A stretch of DNA of 64,000 bases, taken from Flavobacteriaceae bacterium. GTDB lineage: Bacteria > Bacteroidota > Bacteroidia > Flavobacteriales > Flavobacteriaceae. The DNA is taken from the NCBI GenBank assembly GCA_023264015.1, contig JALQTJ010000004.1, positions 804-64,803 of the forward strand. Reading direction: 5' to 3'. The position numbers and the translations under genes were made by a program. Below are positions 29,749 through 37,803 of this stretch, one piece after another. The number at the start of each line of letters is the position of its first letter. Position 1 is the first letter of the stretch. Below the pieces are notes generated by a model. It did not search any database and was not told the DNA's origin. It was given only the letters and a program-made list of their open reading frames with translations.

Positions 29749-30059
29749 GACAATGGTAGGAGTTGTTCAGCTTGATCCATGATGAGTGAAGGGTCTCGTA
29801 CCGCCTTGTTTACGCTTACATCAAGTATAGGCTTACCCTCAAATCGGTTTTTGCCTGAGATTGTCACCATTTTAGCAATAATGACAACATCGGCCTCATC
29901 GATCTGTTCGGCAGTAAGTTTGGTAGGAATTTTATGTCCTCCTTGTTCTTCTACAGCAATTGAATGTCCTCTTTTTTGAGCTTCTTTTGTCAAAGCCACA
30001 GCCGCCATCTTACTGTGCGCGACTCCGGCCAAACATGAAGTGACTAATGCAATTTTCAT
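29745..30059 (-). CDS. PTS fructose-family EIIB component
   Basis: MKIALVTSCLAGVAHSKMAA carries the phospho-Cys motif of Fru-type IIB (compare CPTGIAHTFMAA). I set the start at the ATG at 30057-30059 rather than the track start. The ATGA overlap links it to ptsH. Confidence 0.85.
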   Translation of the reverse strand: MKIALVTSCLAGVAHSKMAAVALTKEAQKRGHSIAVEEQGGHKIPTKLTAEQIDEADVVIIAKMVTISGKNRFEGKPILDVSVNKAVRDPSLIMDQAEQLLPLS

Positions 30060-30072
30060 AGGTTCAAATTCA

Positions 30073-31128
30073 TTATTCGTTTTCAGCATCTGCAGCCTCA
30101 ATCGCTGCGATATCTCTATTACTAAACTGTTTTAATATATTCGCGGTCAAGGCAGTAACTACTGAACCCACGACTACGGCAAGTACAAATACGAGGGGTT
30201 TGTTATAAAAAAACCACTGTGCGATTCCTAGCACTGGCGTGCTCAATTCGAGTAAAAAGATTCCGGCAATTAGACCTGCCGTTGTTGATCCGGCAACCGT
30301 AGCAATAGTAACTCTCAACAAGTCTCCTGCCGCTAATGGAATGACGATTTCGGTGAAGCCTCCGACTATGGCGTAGATCCATGAACTCTTAGCATAATTG
30401 CGTTCGGTTTTCGTGTACAACGACGGCTTCAAAAACGTAGCCAAGCACATTCCAAGTGGCGGAACGGTTACGATTGCGCCGCAAATACCTAATGGAACAT
30501 ACAATTCTAAGTCCATGACCGCAGTAGCAAAGGTGCTCTGCGTTTTACTAAAGGGTCCACCGTAATCTACCCCTCCGAGAAACCCCATTACAGCACCCAT
30601 AATCGCTGATCCTTGCTCACCTAGATTGGACAATATTTGAGATAAAAACACCATAAGTGCTGCAATCGGAGGGCCTAATAGGTATACCATAAATAGCACC
30701 ACCACCAAAGTGCTCAACACCGGAGCCAAAAATCCCCAGGTACTTTGAAGTATCGAAGGCAACTCTACCTTCAATAGCATGTACGTCACGTATCCAACTA
30801 AAATACCGCCAACTAGGGCACCCAGATATCCAGTGTCAATCTGTTGAGCTAGAATACCGATGATAAATCCTGGAGCTATACCTGGAGTTTCTGAAATACT
30901 ATATGCAGTATAGGCCGCCATGATAGGAACAAAAAAAGTAAGTCCGATAGTACCTACATCCTTGAAGACCTTCCAAATTGAATCATCTGCAACGTTGGTT
31001 CCTCCTAGGACCGCGAGACTTCCGACCATACCTCCGATGAGTAGTATGGGTAGCATATACGAAACCCCAGTGCGAAAATGCACCCCGGTGTTTCTGAATA
31101 TCTCTTTCGTTTCACTCCAAAAATTCAT
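30073..31128 (-). CDS. PTS fructose-family EIIC permease
   Basis: 351-aa polytopic membrane ORF with the hallmark Fru-family N-terminal block TGVSYMLPILLIGG. Confidence 0.85.
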   Translation of the reverse strand: MNFWSETKEIFRNTGVHFRTGVSYMLPILLIGGMVGSLAVLGGTNVADDSIWKVFKDVGTIGLTFFVPIMAAYTAYSISETPGIAPGFIIGILAQQIDTGYLGALVGGILVGYVTYMLLKVELPSILQSTWGFLAPVLSTLVVVLFMVYLLGPPIAALMVFLSQILSNLGEQGSAIMGAVMGFLGGVDYGGPFSKTQSTFATAVMDLELYVPLGICGAIVTVPPLGMCLATFLKPSLYTKTERNYAKSSWIYAIVGGFTEIVIPLAAGDLLRVTIATVAGSTTAGLIAGIFLLELSTPVLGIAQWFFYNKPLVFVLAVVVGSVVTALTANILKQFSNRDIAAIEAADAENE

Positions 31129-31138
31129 AAGCTAAGAG

Positions 31139-31576
31139 TTAATGATTCGCAAAAGACGCTTGAATTTCTTGTTCGGTTTGAGCTTTTTCCCAGACCGCTC
31201 TAACCTCTTCTTCTAAAGCTAATGTGGCAATTTGAGACATGAGCTCAATGTGATTGTTATCTTCACCTTCATTCGCATCAGGAATAGCCAAAGCGAGAAT
31301 AAAACGTACCGGATCATCGTCTTGATCCCAGGTTAAGTCGGTAGTGCGTGCAAATGCAAAACCAGGTGCTATAACAGTATTTGAAGCCGCATGAGGAATG
31401 GCAATACCATAACCACAATAGGTCGAAAGCGTCGCCTCTCGGGCCAAAACTTCAGCAGCATAAACTTGCGCATCGCGAATAACCCCTGATTGAGCCAAAC
31501 CTTGTGCGATAGCTTGAATCGCTGCCTGTTTGGAGTCGACTTGAAGCGAAAGATTTATATAAGCTGGGGCTGGCAT
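31139..31576 (-). CDS. PTS EIIA component (fructose/mannitol type, PTS_EIIA_2)
   Basis: 145-aa ORF with the phospho-His block GYGIAIPHA and a length typical of a stand-alone IIA(Fru/Mtl/Ntr). Confidence 0.8.
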   Translation of the reverse strand: MPAPAYINLSLQVDSKQAAIQAIAQGLAQSGVIRDAQVYAAEVLAREATLSTYCGYGIAIPHAASNTVIAPGFAFARTTDLTWDQDDDPVRFILALAIPDANEGEDNNHIELMSQIATLALEEEVRAVWEKAQTEQEIQASFANH

Positions 31577-31581
31577 AGCAT

Positions 31582-32292
31582 TTAGTTAGAGGGTTGTTGG
31601 GCTTTTTGAATAGCGGTTGCGCATCTCTTTAATCCAGCAGTAATACCCTCAGGATCTTTGAAAATAGCAGAGGATAAGACCACCACATCAGGTTCACATT
31701 CGATGAGGGGCGCTAAATTATCAGCTCGAATTCCGCCGTCGATCGCAATCTCACATTTTGGATTTTTCTCATCCACTAACTTTCGGGCACGTCTCAAGAG
31801 ATCAAGACATGAGCGTCTCCAACCCCAATTGTCCTTTCCGTCAGTCTCATCTACCCCATGCACAACGATATGCAATCGATCTATATCGTATATCGACTCT
31901 TCGACAAATGATAAAGGAGTGTAAAGACCAATGGTCAATCCAATTTTCATCTTGCGTTCGCGACACCAATTGATGATGTAAGCGAGAGGCGCTCCAATAA
32001 AATGTTCAGCTGGAATGATCAGCATATTAGTGCCTACCTGAGCCAACTTTTCTATGAATAGCAAGTCACAGGTCTCTGTATAAATATGACACTCAATTGG
32101 CTTATCTGTATAGGGACGGATCCCTTCAATAATTTGGTGCCCCCCCATCAACTGCATGTTCTTCAGGTCATGCATATCAGCAGCGTCAGAGTGAATGTAA
32201 TCTGCTCCGGCCTCTGTAGCTTCTTTAACAATATCAGCTAGGTGCCCGTAATCTACGTGGGCTAATCCCGCTGCAATTTTAATATCTCTCAT
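31582..32292 (-). CDS. ribulose-phosphate 3-epimerase-like (RPE/AlsE superfamily) sugar-phosphate epimerase, divergent
   Basis: 236-aa ORF. GADYIHSDAADMHD aligns to the RPE motif GAD-x-H-x-D-x-M-D-G-H, IECHIY aligns to D-V/C-H-L-M, and EIAIDGGI aligns to E-V-D-G-G. The metal and acid-base positions are kept, but the conserved Met positions are Ala and Tyr. Confidence 0.65.
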   Translation of the reverse strand: MRDIKIAAGLAHVDYGHLADIVKEATEAGADYIHSDAADMHDLKNMQLMGGHQIIEGIRPYTDKPIECHIYTETCDLLFIEKLAQVGTNMLIIPAEHFIGAPLAYIINWCRERKMKIGLTIGLYTPLSFVEESIYDIDRLHIVVHGVDETDGKDNWGWRRSCLDLLRRARKLVDEKNPKCEIAIDGGIRADNLAPLIECEPDVVVLSSAIFKDPEGITAGLKRCATAIQKAQQPSN

Positions 32293-32372
32293 TGTTAGTA
32301 GTTAAGGTGTTGTAATGCGAAATGCATCACTGCTAGATTGAATGGGTTGAATAAAAGTTAGATCTTTTTAAA

Positions 32373-32388
32373 TGTAACACTTTTTACA
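32373..32388. promoter_or_regulatory. inverted repeat TGTAA-N6-TTACA (CRP/FNR-family-like operator candidate) upstream of the PTS operon
   Basis: The sequence tgtaacactttttaca lies 81-96 nt upstream of the ATG at 32292. Its 5-6-5 geometry matches the CRP site TGTGA-N6-TCACA. The half-sites are short, so it could be a chance occurrence. Confidence 0.25.
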
Positions 32389-32429
32389 ACCCTCTCCTTA
32401 TTCATCCTTTTTAACCTGTATAGGGCCAT

Positions 32430-32461
32430 AAAAAAAGTCGCCCCTAAAGGGCGACTTTTTT
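32430..32461 (-). terminator. rho-independent terminator (bidirectional architecture) after the 131-aa lipoprotein gene
   Basis: The sequence is aaaaaaa-GTCGCCC-ctaaa-GGGCGAC-tttttt: a perfect 7-bp GC-rich stem with a 5-nt loop, flanked by A7 and T6. It lies 24 nt downstream of the stop at 32485. Confidence 0.8.
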
Positions 32462-32484
32462 CACAAAAAGATTTATGACTTCGT

Positions 32485-32880
32485 TTAGCGTTTTGTGGTA
32501 ATAATAATCACTCCGCCGGCTCCCATGAATCCGTATTGTGCGAGGTCTTGAGGATTTTTCAAAACACGTATTCTATCGATTTCAAGTGGATTGATCGTTG
32601 AGGCCGCCTGAGAAAAATCTCCAACCTGTGTGCCGTCAATGATAAAGAGTGCCTGCTTAGGATTATTTACACTACTCACTCCACGCAAAAATACTTGAGC
32701 GCTCGAACCGTTTCCGCGAATCTGTAAACCTGATTGCTGACGCAAGCGATCAAGCAAACTCAAATTTCCTAGATTTTGAGATTCAGTTTCTTTTGCAGCC
32801 GCTGTTGTGGTTTTCGTGCTTGAGCAGCTTGCTAGAAGCACTACGGCAAACAAGGCAACGAGGATTCTATGTGTTTTCAT
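32485..32880 (-). CDS. small lipoprotein consisting of a stand-alone TonB-dependent-receptor plug-like segment
   Basis: 131-aa ORF with lipobox LLASCSS. LQIRGNGSS ... FIIDGTQVGD ... IDRIRVLKNPQDLAQYGFMGAGGVIIITTKR matches the N-terminal plug motifs of SusC/TonB receptors. No beta-barrel follows. Confidence 0.6.
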   Translation of the reverse strand: MKTHRILVALFAVVLLASCSSTKTTTAAAKETESQNLGNLSLLDRLRQQSGLQIRGNGSSAQVFLRGVSSVNNPKQALFIIDGTQVGDFSQAASTINPLEIDRIRVLKNPQDLAQYGFMGAGGVIIITTKR

Positions 32881-32940
32881 AATGAGTTTATCTACTAATT
32901 GAGGTGAAAAGGTAGGTTTTAAAAAACATATTTAAGGCTT

Positions 32941-32959
32941 AGACACTGTTAAAGTGTCT
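32941..32959. promoter_or_regulatory. perfect 7-5-7 inverted repeat AGACACT-gttaa-AGTGTCT in a divergent promoter region
   Basis: Read directly from the DNA. It lies between the divergent starts at 32880 (-) and 33036 (+). No upstream gene could terminate here, so an operator or 5' leader structure is more likely than a terminator. Confidence 0.3.
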
Positions 32960-33035
32960 CTGTTTGAGTGTTAAAATGGTCGCGATTAACGGTTTGCTCT
33001 TTGACACTATGAGAGACTATCTTATCTTTTCATCT

Positions 33036-34103
33036 ATGACCATGCCAAAAACACTTAACGTCCTCATTGTAGGGTGTGGTAATATGGGAGCTTCTCACGC
33101 AAAGGCCTACGAAGAGCATCCTGGATACCAAATATGCGGTCTGGTATCACGCGGCAAAAGTAAAGAGCTTCTCAATGCTGAGCTGCAAGGCGACTATCAA
33201 TGCTTTGACGATTATGCAGATGCCTTAGCGCAAAGCAAGCCTGAAGTCGTATGCATTTCAACCTACCCCGAAACCCACGAACCTTTCACGCTAATGGCGC
33301 TTGAAGAAGGCTGCCATGTCTTTCTTGAAAAACCAATTGCGACGACGGTTGAAGGCGGTAGACGTATCGTAGAAGCTGCAAATTTGGCCAAAAAGAAAGT
33401 AGTCGTCGGATACATCTTAAGACACCATATCATCTGGAAACGGTTTATTGAAGAGGCTCAAAAAATGGGGAAACCCTTGGTAATGCGAATGAACCTGAAT
33501 CAACAGAGCCAAGGTTATATGTGGGATGTACACCGCAGTCTTATGAACTCTTTAAGCCCGATTGTAGATTGTGGAGTTCACTATTTAGACGTTATGTGTC
33601 AAATGACCCAAGCCAAGCCGATCAGTGTCTCGGCAATCGGAGCGCGCTTGACCGATGACATTCCTGCAGATAATTACAATTACGGTCAACTACAGATTCG
33701 TTTTGACGACGGATCGGTGGGCTGGTACGAGGCCGGATGGGGACCAATGGTAAGTGAAACCGCCTTTTTTGTCAAGGACGTATTCGGTCCAAAAGGAAGT
33801 GTCTCGCTCACCCAAGATCAACAGCGGTCAGACTGTGTAGACGGGCATTCTAAGGCTGATCTTATGCTCATACATCACGCTGATATCGACAGCAACAACA
33901 CCTTTTTGAAGAAAGACGAGTATATTCGATTCGAGCACAGTCCAGAGCACCAAGAATTGTGTGACAACGAGCAGGCCTTTTTGTATGAAGCTATCATAGA
34001 AGATCGTGACTTGAGCAGCCACCTGAATGACGCGATTACAAGCCTTCAAATAGCCCTAGCTTGCGACCAATCCGTAAAAGAAGAACGAACTATTTTGCTT
34101 TAA
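33036..34103 (+). CDS. Gfo/Idh/MocA-family NAD(P)-dependent oxidoreductase (cytoplasmic)
   Basis: Rossmann motif LNVLIVGCGNMGASH and EKP motif (FLEKPI). I moved the start to the ATG at 33036 (MTMPKTLNV); the track start at 32964 is a TTG extension with no homology signal. Confidence 0.75.
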   Translation: MTMPKTLNVLIVGCGNMGASHAKAYEEHPGYQICGLVSRGKSKELLNAELQGDYQCFDDYADALAQSKPEVVCISTYPETHEPFTLMALEEGCHVFLEKPIATTVEGGRRIVEAANLAKKKVVVGYILRHHIIWKRFIEEAQKMGKPLVMRMNLNQQSQGYMWDVHRSLMNSLSPIVDCGVHYLDVMCQMTQAKPISVSAIGARLTDDIPADNYNYGQLQIRFDDGSVGWYEAGWGPMVSETAFFVKDVFGPKGSVSLTQDQQRSDCVDGHSKADLMLIHHADIDSNNTFLKKDEYIRFEHSPEHQELCDNEQAFLYEAIIEDRDLSSHLNDAITSLQIALACDQSVKEERTILL

Positions 34104-34111
34104 TACTAATT

Positions 34112-35587
34112 ATGAAAAACCTTTTTACCCTTTGCGCTCTGTCTATAGCCGCCCTGAGCATGGCACAGCGAAGCCTTCCGTCAGACACCTTGAGCATCAA
34201 AAACGATCGCATTAGAGTCGGATCAGAATGGCTAGATTACTCGGTTGAAGTCGGAACACAACCGGTTTGGGACACCGATGGCAGTGAAATTGCCTACTTA
34301 CAGTACACCTACTACAAACGCTCTGGTGTCAACAGCGAAACCCGACCACTGATCATGAGCTTTAATGGCGGACCCGGATCTGGTTCTGTTTGGATGCACT
34401 TGGCCTATACAGGTCCTAAAGTGTTGCGGGTAGACGATGAAGGGTTTCCTATCCAACCCTATGGAGTAAAAGACAACCCCAATACCGTACTCACTGATGC
34501 AGATATCGTATACATCAATCCTGTGAATACCGGTTACTCAAGAACCATCCCATTAAGCGGTAAAGAAGTCGATCGAAAAAAGTTCTTCGGTATTGACGCT
34601 GACATTACCTATCTCGCCGAATGGCTCAACACCTTCGTCACACGTCACAACAAATGGCGCGCACCGAAATACATTATTGGAGAAAGCTACGGAGGTACCC
34701 GAGTGATGGGCCTCGCCCTTACACTCCAAGAATCACAATGGATGTACCTCAACGGGGTCATTATGGTGAGCCCGGCCGATTATCAGGTATTACGCGTAGG
34801 AGGTCCTGTTTCAGAGGCACTCAACGTCCCTTATTATTCAGCAGCAGCCTGGTACCACCAGCAGCTTTCAAGTGACCTTCAGCAACTGTCTTTAGAAAAA
34901 CTACTCGAGATCACCGAAGCTTTCACGGTAGATACCTTATTGCCTGCACTCGCTAAAGGCGGATCTCTATCACCGGGAGACCGCGATCAAATCGCCTCAG
35001 ATATGGCGCGTTATACTGGGCTCAGCAAATCGGATATTCTGGCGCTCAACCTCTCGGTTCCGACCGGCTATTTCTGGAAGAACTTACTCAAAGACGAAGG
35101 CTATACGGTGGGCCGCCTAGACAGCCGTTACAAAGGGGTCGACAAGGTAGGTGTAGGAACGCGTCCTGAATACAATTCAGAACTCACCTCGTGGCTCCAT
35201 AGCTTCACCCCTGCCATCAATTACTACTACAACGAAGTACTCGGGTTCAGAACTGATGTGAAGTATAACATGTTTGGCCCTGTTAGACCCTGGGAAGATG
35301 ACCGCGTCAACACCCGTGAAGACCTGAGAGCAGCGATGGCCGAAAACCCTTATTTACACGTTTTGAATCAATCAGGCTATTTCGACGGTGCAACCACCTA
35401 TTTCAATGCCAAATACACGCTGTGGCAGATTGATCCTAGTGGTAAATTCAATGACCGTCTTCAATTTAAAGGATACGAATCAGGGCATATGATGTACCTG
35501 CGCGCAGAAGACCTTAAGGCCGCCAATGAAGACCTAAAGCGCTTCATTCAACAAACCCAAACTAAAGGAAATCCCGCTAAGTACTAG
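34112..35587 (+). CDS. peptidase S10 (serine carboxypeptidase) family protein, secreted
   Basis: FNGGPGSGSVW and the catalytic-Ser block IIGESYGG, plus a C-terminal GYESGHMMY His block. Signal peptide MKNLFTLCALSIAALSMAQ from the ATG at 34112; the track start at 34061 overlaps the previous gene. Confidence 0.75.
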   Translation: MKNLFTLCALSIAALSMAQRSLPSDTLSIKNDRIRVGSEWLDYSVEVGTQPVWDTDGSEIAYLQYTYYKRSGVNSETRPLIMSFNGGPGSGSVWMHLAYTGPKVLRVDDEGFPIQPYGVKDNPNTVLTDADIVYINPVNTGYSRTIPLSGKEVDRKKFFGIDADITYLAEWLNTFVTRHNKWRAPKYIIGESYGGTRVMGLALTLQESQWMYLNGVIMVSPADYQVLRVGGPVSEALNVPYYSAAAWYHQQLSSDLQQLSLEKLLEITEAFTVDTLLPALAKGGSLSPGDRDQIASDMARYTGLSKSDILALNLSVPTGYFWKNLLKDEGYTVGRLDSRYKGVDKVGVGTRPEYNSELTSWLHSFTPAINYYYNEVLGFRTDVKYNMFGPVRPWEDDRVNTREDLRAAMAENPYLHVLNQSGYFDGATTYFNAKYTLWQIDPSGKFNDRLQFKGYESGHMMYLRAEDLKAANEDLKRFIQQTQTKGNPAKY

Positions 35588-35602
35588 CGGGATTTTCCCT
35601 TT
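35569..35602 (+). terminator. candidate intrinsic terminator overlapping the S10 peptidase stop codon
   Basis: The sequence is AAATCCCGCTA-agtac-TAGCGGGATTT: a perfect 11-bp stem with a 5-nt loop, followed by tcccttt. The T tract is interrupted, hence moderate confidence. Confidence 0.45.
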
Positions 35603-35628
35603 AAAAACAACCTAACACCGCCACCCAA

Positions 35629-37794
35629 ATGCAAAGAATACCCCTGCTATTCGCCCTGTTATTCTCTGGTATTTCGATTCAACTAAGCGCACAAGTAAAC
35701 GCTAAAGATTACCGCCTAGCCATTGAAAAGATCAGTGAAAAAATAGTCATTGATGGGGTTCTAGACGAGCCTGCATGGGATCGTGCACAAGTAGCCAAAG
35801 ACTTTTTCATGATCACCCCGGTAGATACAGGAAGGGCGCGTCAGCACTCAGAGGCGCGCGTTGCATTCGACGATGAATACCTCTATATCTCGGTAATTTT
35901 TTTCAATAATGCGGTGAAAGGGCCTTACGTGGTAGAGTCATTTAAGCGTGATTTTTCATTCGGAAAAAACGACAATCTCTTGATCGCCATAGATCCGTTT
36001 GACAATCAAACTACAGGCTTCTCTTTTGGTCTCAACGCCTACGGTGCACAATGGGACGGCACCATGTTCGAAGGAAAAGGAGTAGACCTTAACTGGGACA
36101 CCAAGTGGTACTCAGAGGTGCGCTTCGATGAAGATAAATGGGTCGGTGAAATGGCTATCCCATTTAAATCGATACGCTACGATGAAACCATCAAAGAGTG
36201 GGGTATCAACTTCGGTCGCCTTGATCTAAAGGCCAGCGAAAAATCGAGCTGGGCTCCTGTTCCACGACAATTTCCGTCCGTATCCTTGGCTTTTGCAGGG
36301 CGATTGGTGTGGGACACTCCACCACCGAAACAAGGGGTAAATGCATCTATCATTCCTTATGTGTCAAGTATCTCAGAAGGAACCCACCTGACCGAGGACG
36401 ACAGCAAGGCGAAGGTCGGTGCTGACCTCAAATACACCCTTACCACGGCTTTGAATCTCGATGTCACCCTCAATCCAGATTTCTCTCAGGCCGAGGTCGA
36501 TCAACAAGTGACTAACCTCGATCGCTTCGAGCTGTTCTTTCCTGAAAGACGTCAATTCTTCCTTGAAAACGCAGACCTTTTTTCGAATTTCGGGTACCGA
36601 ACTATCCGTCCTTTTTTCTCGAGGCGGATTGGGCTTAATGTTCCCATTGTGGCCGGTGCTCGCCTCAGTGGAAACCTCGATGAGAACTGGCGCGTGGGGC
36701 TGATGAATATCCAAACTAAGGCAGACGAGCTCCAGGGGCTAGGAGCCGAAAACTACGGAGTGATCAGTCTTCAACGGAAGGTTCAAGAACGCTCAAACAT
36801 CAACTTTTTACTCGTCAATAAAGAGGCGCCAAATACAGACCCATCGGTTTCAGAGCGCTACCACCGAAACGCCGGGGTCGAATACAATTACTTCTCTGAA
36901 AACAATCAATACAACGGAAAAGTAATGGCCCTTCGTTCGATCAATCCAGATCCGGCAAAAACAGGAACAGTTATCGCCTCTCACTTAGAACATCAATCGA
37001 TCAGATGGAACTGGCGGGTGCAACAAGAATACGTTTCAAATACCTTTAGTGCAGACGTCGGCTTTGTACCGCGAACCAACTATCACAAGTTCGAAGGATC
37101 ACTCGGGCATCTCGTCTACACCGCTTCTAAAACCAATCCGCTACTTTCTCACGGACCAAGCTACACCCGTACGTATTTCTTTGATCTCGATGGGCACAAG
37201 ACCGATCAGATCGACACCTTTAGTTATATTTTCAACTTTCAAAATCGCAGTCGATTTATTGTGGCCGGAGCGCGCAGTTCCATTGATTTATTGAGTGATT
37301 TTGATCCGCTTCGAAACGGCATTGGGGTGCTCAAGGCAGGAACAAATCACGAATGGACCAATCTTCGTTTATCATACGATTCAAAACCGCAAAACCTATT
37401 CACCTATTCACTCGATGCCATTCTTGGAGGCTATTATGCCCAAGGAAAACGCAATGCCTTTATAGGCGAATTTGGATACAGAGTTCAGCCGATTTTAGAG
37501 CTGAGTTCGGTGATCAATTACAATCAATTCGATCTCCCTCAACCCTGGAAAGAGCAGTCTTTTTGGCTTGTCGGATTAAAAGCCAACCTCACCCTTACCG
37601 ACAATTTATTCTTCTCAAACCTCTACCAATACAACGAGCAAGTTGACCTTTGGAACTTCAACTCTAGATTGCAATGGCGCTACAAACCAGCGTCTGATAT
37701 TTTCTTAGTTTTCAATAGTAACGAAGTGACCATCCCCAGCTTCTCAAGCGGATGGAATCTCACCTTCAAGATCAACTATTGGCTCAACCTATAA
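35629..37794 (+). CDS. CBM9-like carbohydrate-binding domain plus DUF5916 (putative outer-membrane beta-barrel) protein
   Basis: 721-aa ORF with a signal peptide. The N-terminal IDGVLDEPAWDRAQVAKDFFMITPVDTG ... AFDDEYLYISV block is typical of CBM9/DUF5916 proteins. The long C-terminal region has alternating beta-strand-like sequence. Confidence 0.6.
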   Translation: MQRIPLLFALLFSGISIQLSAQVNAKDYRLAIEKISEKIVIDGVLDEPAWDRAQVAKDFFMITPVDTGRARQHSEARVAFDDEYLYISVIFFNNAVKGPYVVESFKRDFSFGKNDNLLIAIDPFDNQTTGFSFGLNAYGAQWDGTMFEGKGVDLNWDTKWYSEVRFDEDKWVGEMAIPFKSIRYDETIKEWGINFGRLDLKASEKSSWAPVPRQFPSVSLAFAGRLVWDTPPPKQGVNASIIPYVSSISEGTHLTEDDSKAKVGADLKYTLTTALNLDVTLNPDFSQAEVDQQVTNLDRFELFFPERRQFFLENADLFSNFGYRTIRPFFSRRIGLNVPIVAGARLSGNLDENWRVGLMNIQTKADELQGLGAENYGVISLQRKVQERSNINFLLVNKEAPNTDPSVSERYHRNAGVEYNYFSENNQYNGKVMALRSINPDPAKTGTVIASHLEHQSIRWNWRVQQEYVSNTFSADVGFVPRTNYHKFEGSLGHLVYTASKTNPLLSHGPSYTRTYFFDLDGHKTDQIDTFSYIFNFQNRSRFIVAGARSSIDLLSDFDPLRNGIGVLKAGTNHEWTNLRLSYDSKPQNLFTYSLDAILGGYYAQGKRNAFIGEFGYRVQPILELSSVINYNQFDLPQPWKEQSFWLVGLKANLTLTDNLFFSNLYQYNEQVDLWNFNSRLQWRYKPASDIFLVFNSNEVTIPSFSSGWNLTFKINYWLNL

Positions 37795-37803
37795 GCCGTT
37801 CTT

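Noticed and set aside
24548-32484. Mobile-element hallmarks (integrase, transposase, tRNA target, flanking direct repeats) around the PTS/GH20 region that would prove horizontal transfer.
   Set aside because: I could find none. The flanking genes are ordinary chromosomal genes, and the junctions are tight. GC content looked somewhat lower in parts of ptsI and GH20. Spot counts elsewhere are equally variable, so I cannot claim a compositional island without a proper calculation.
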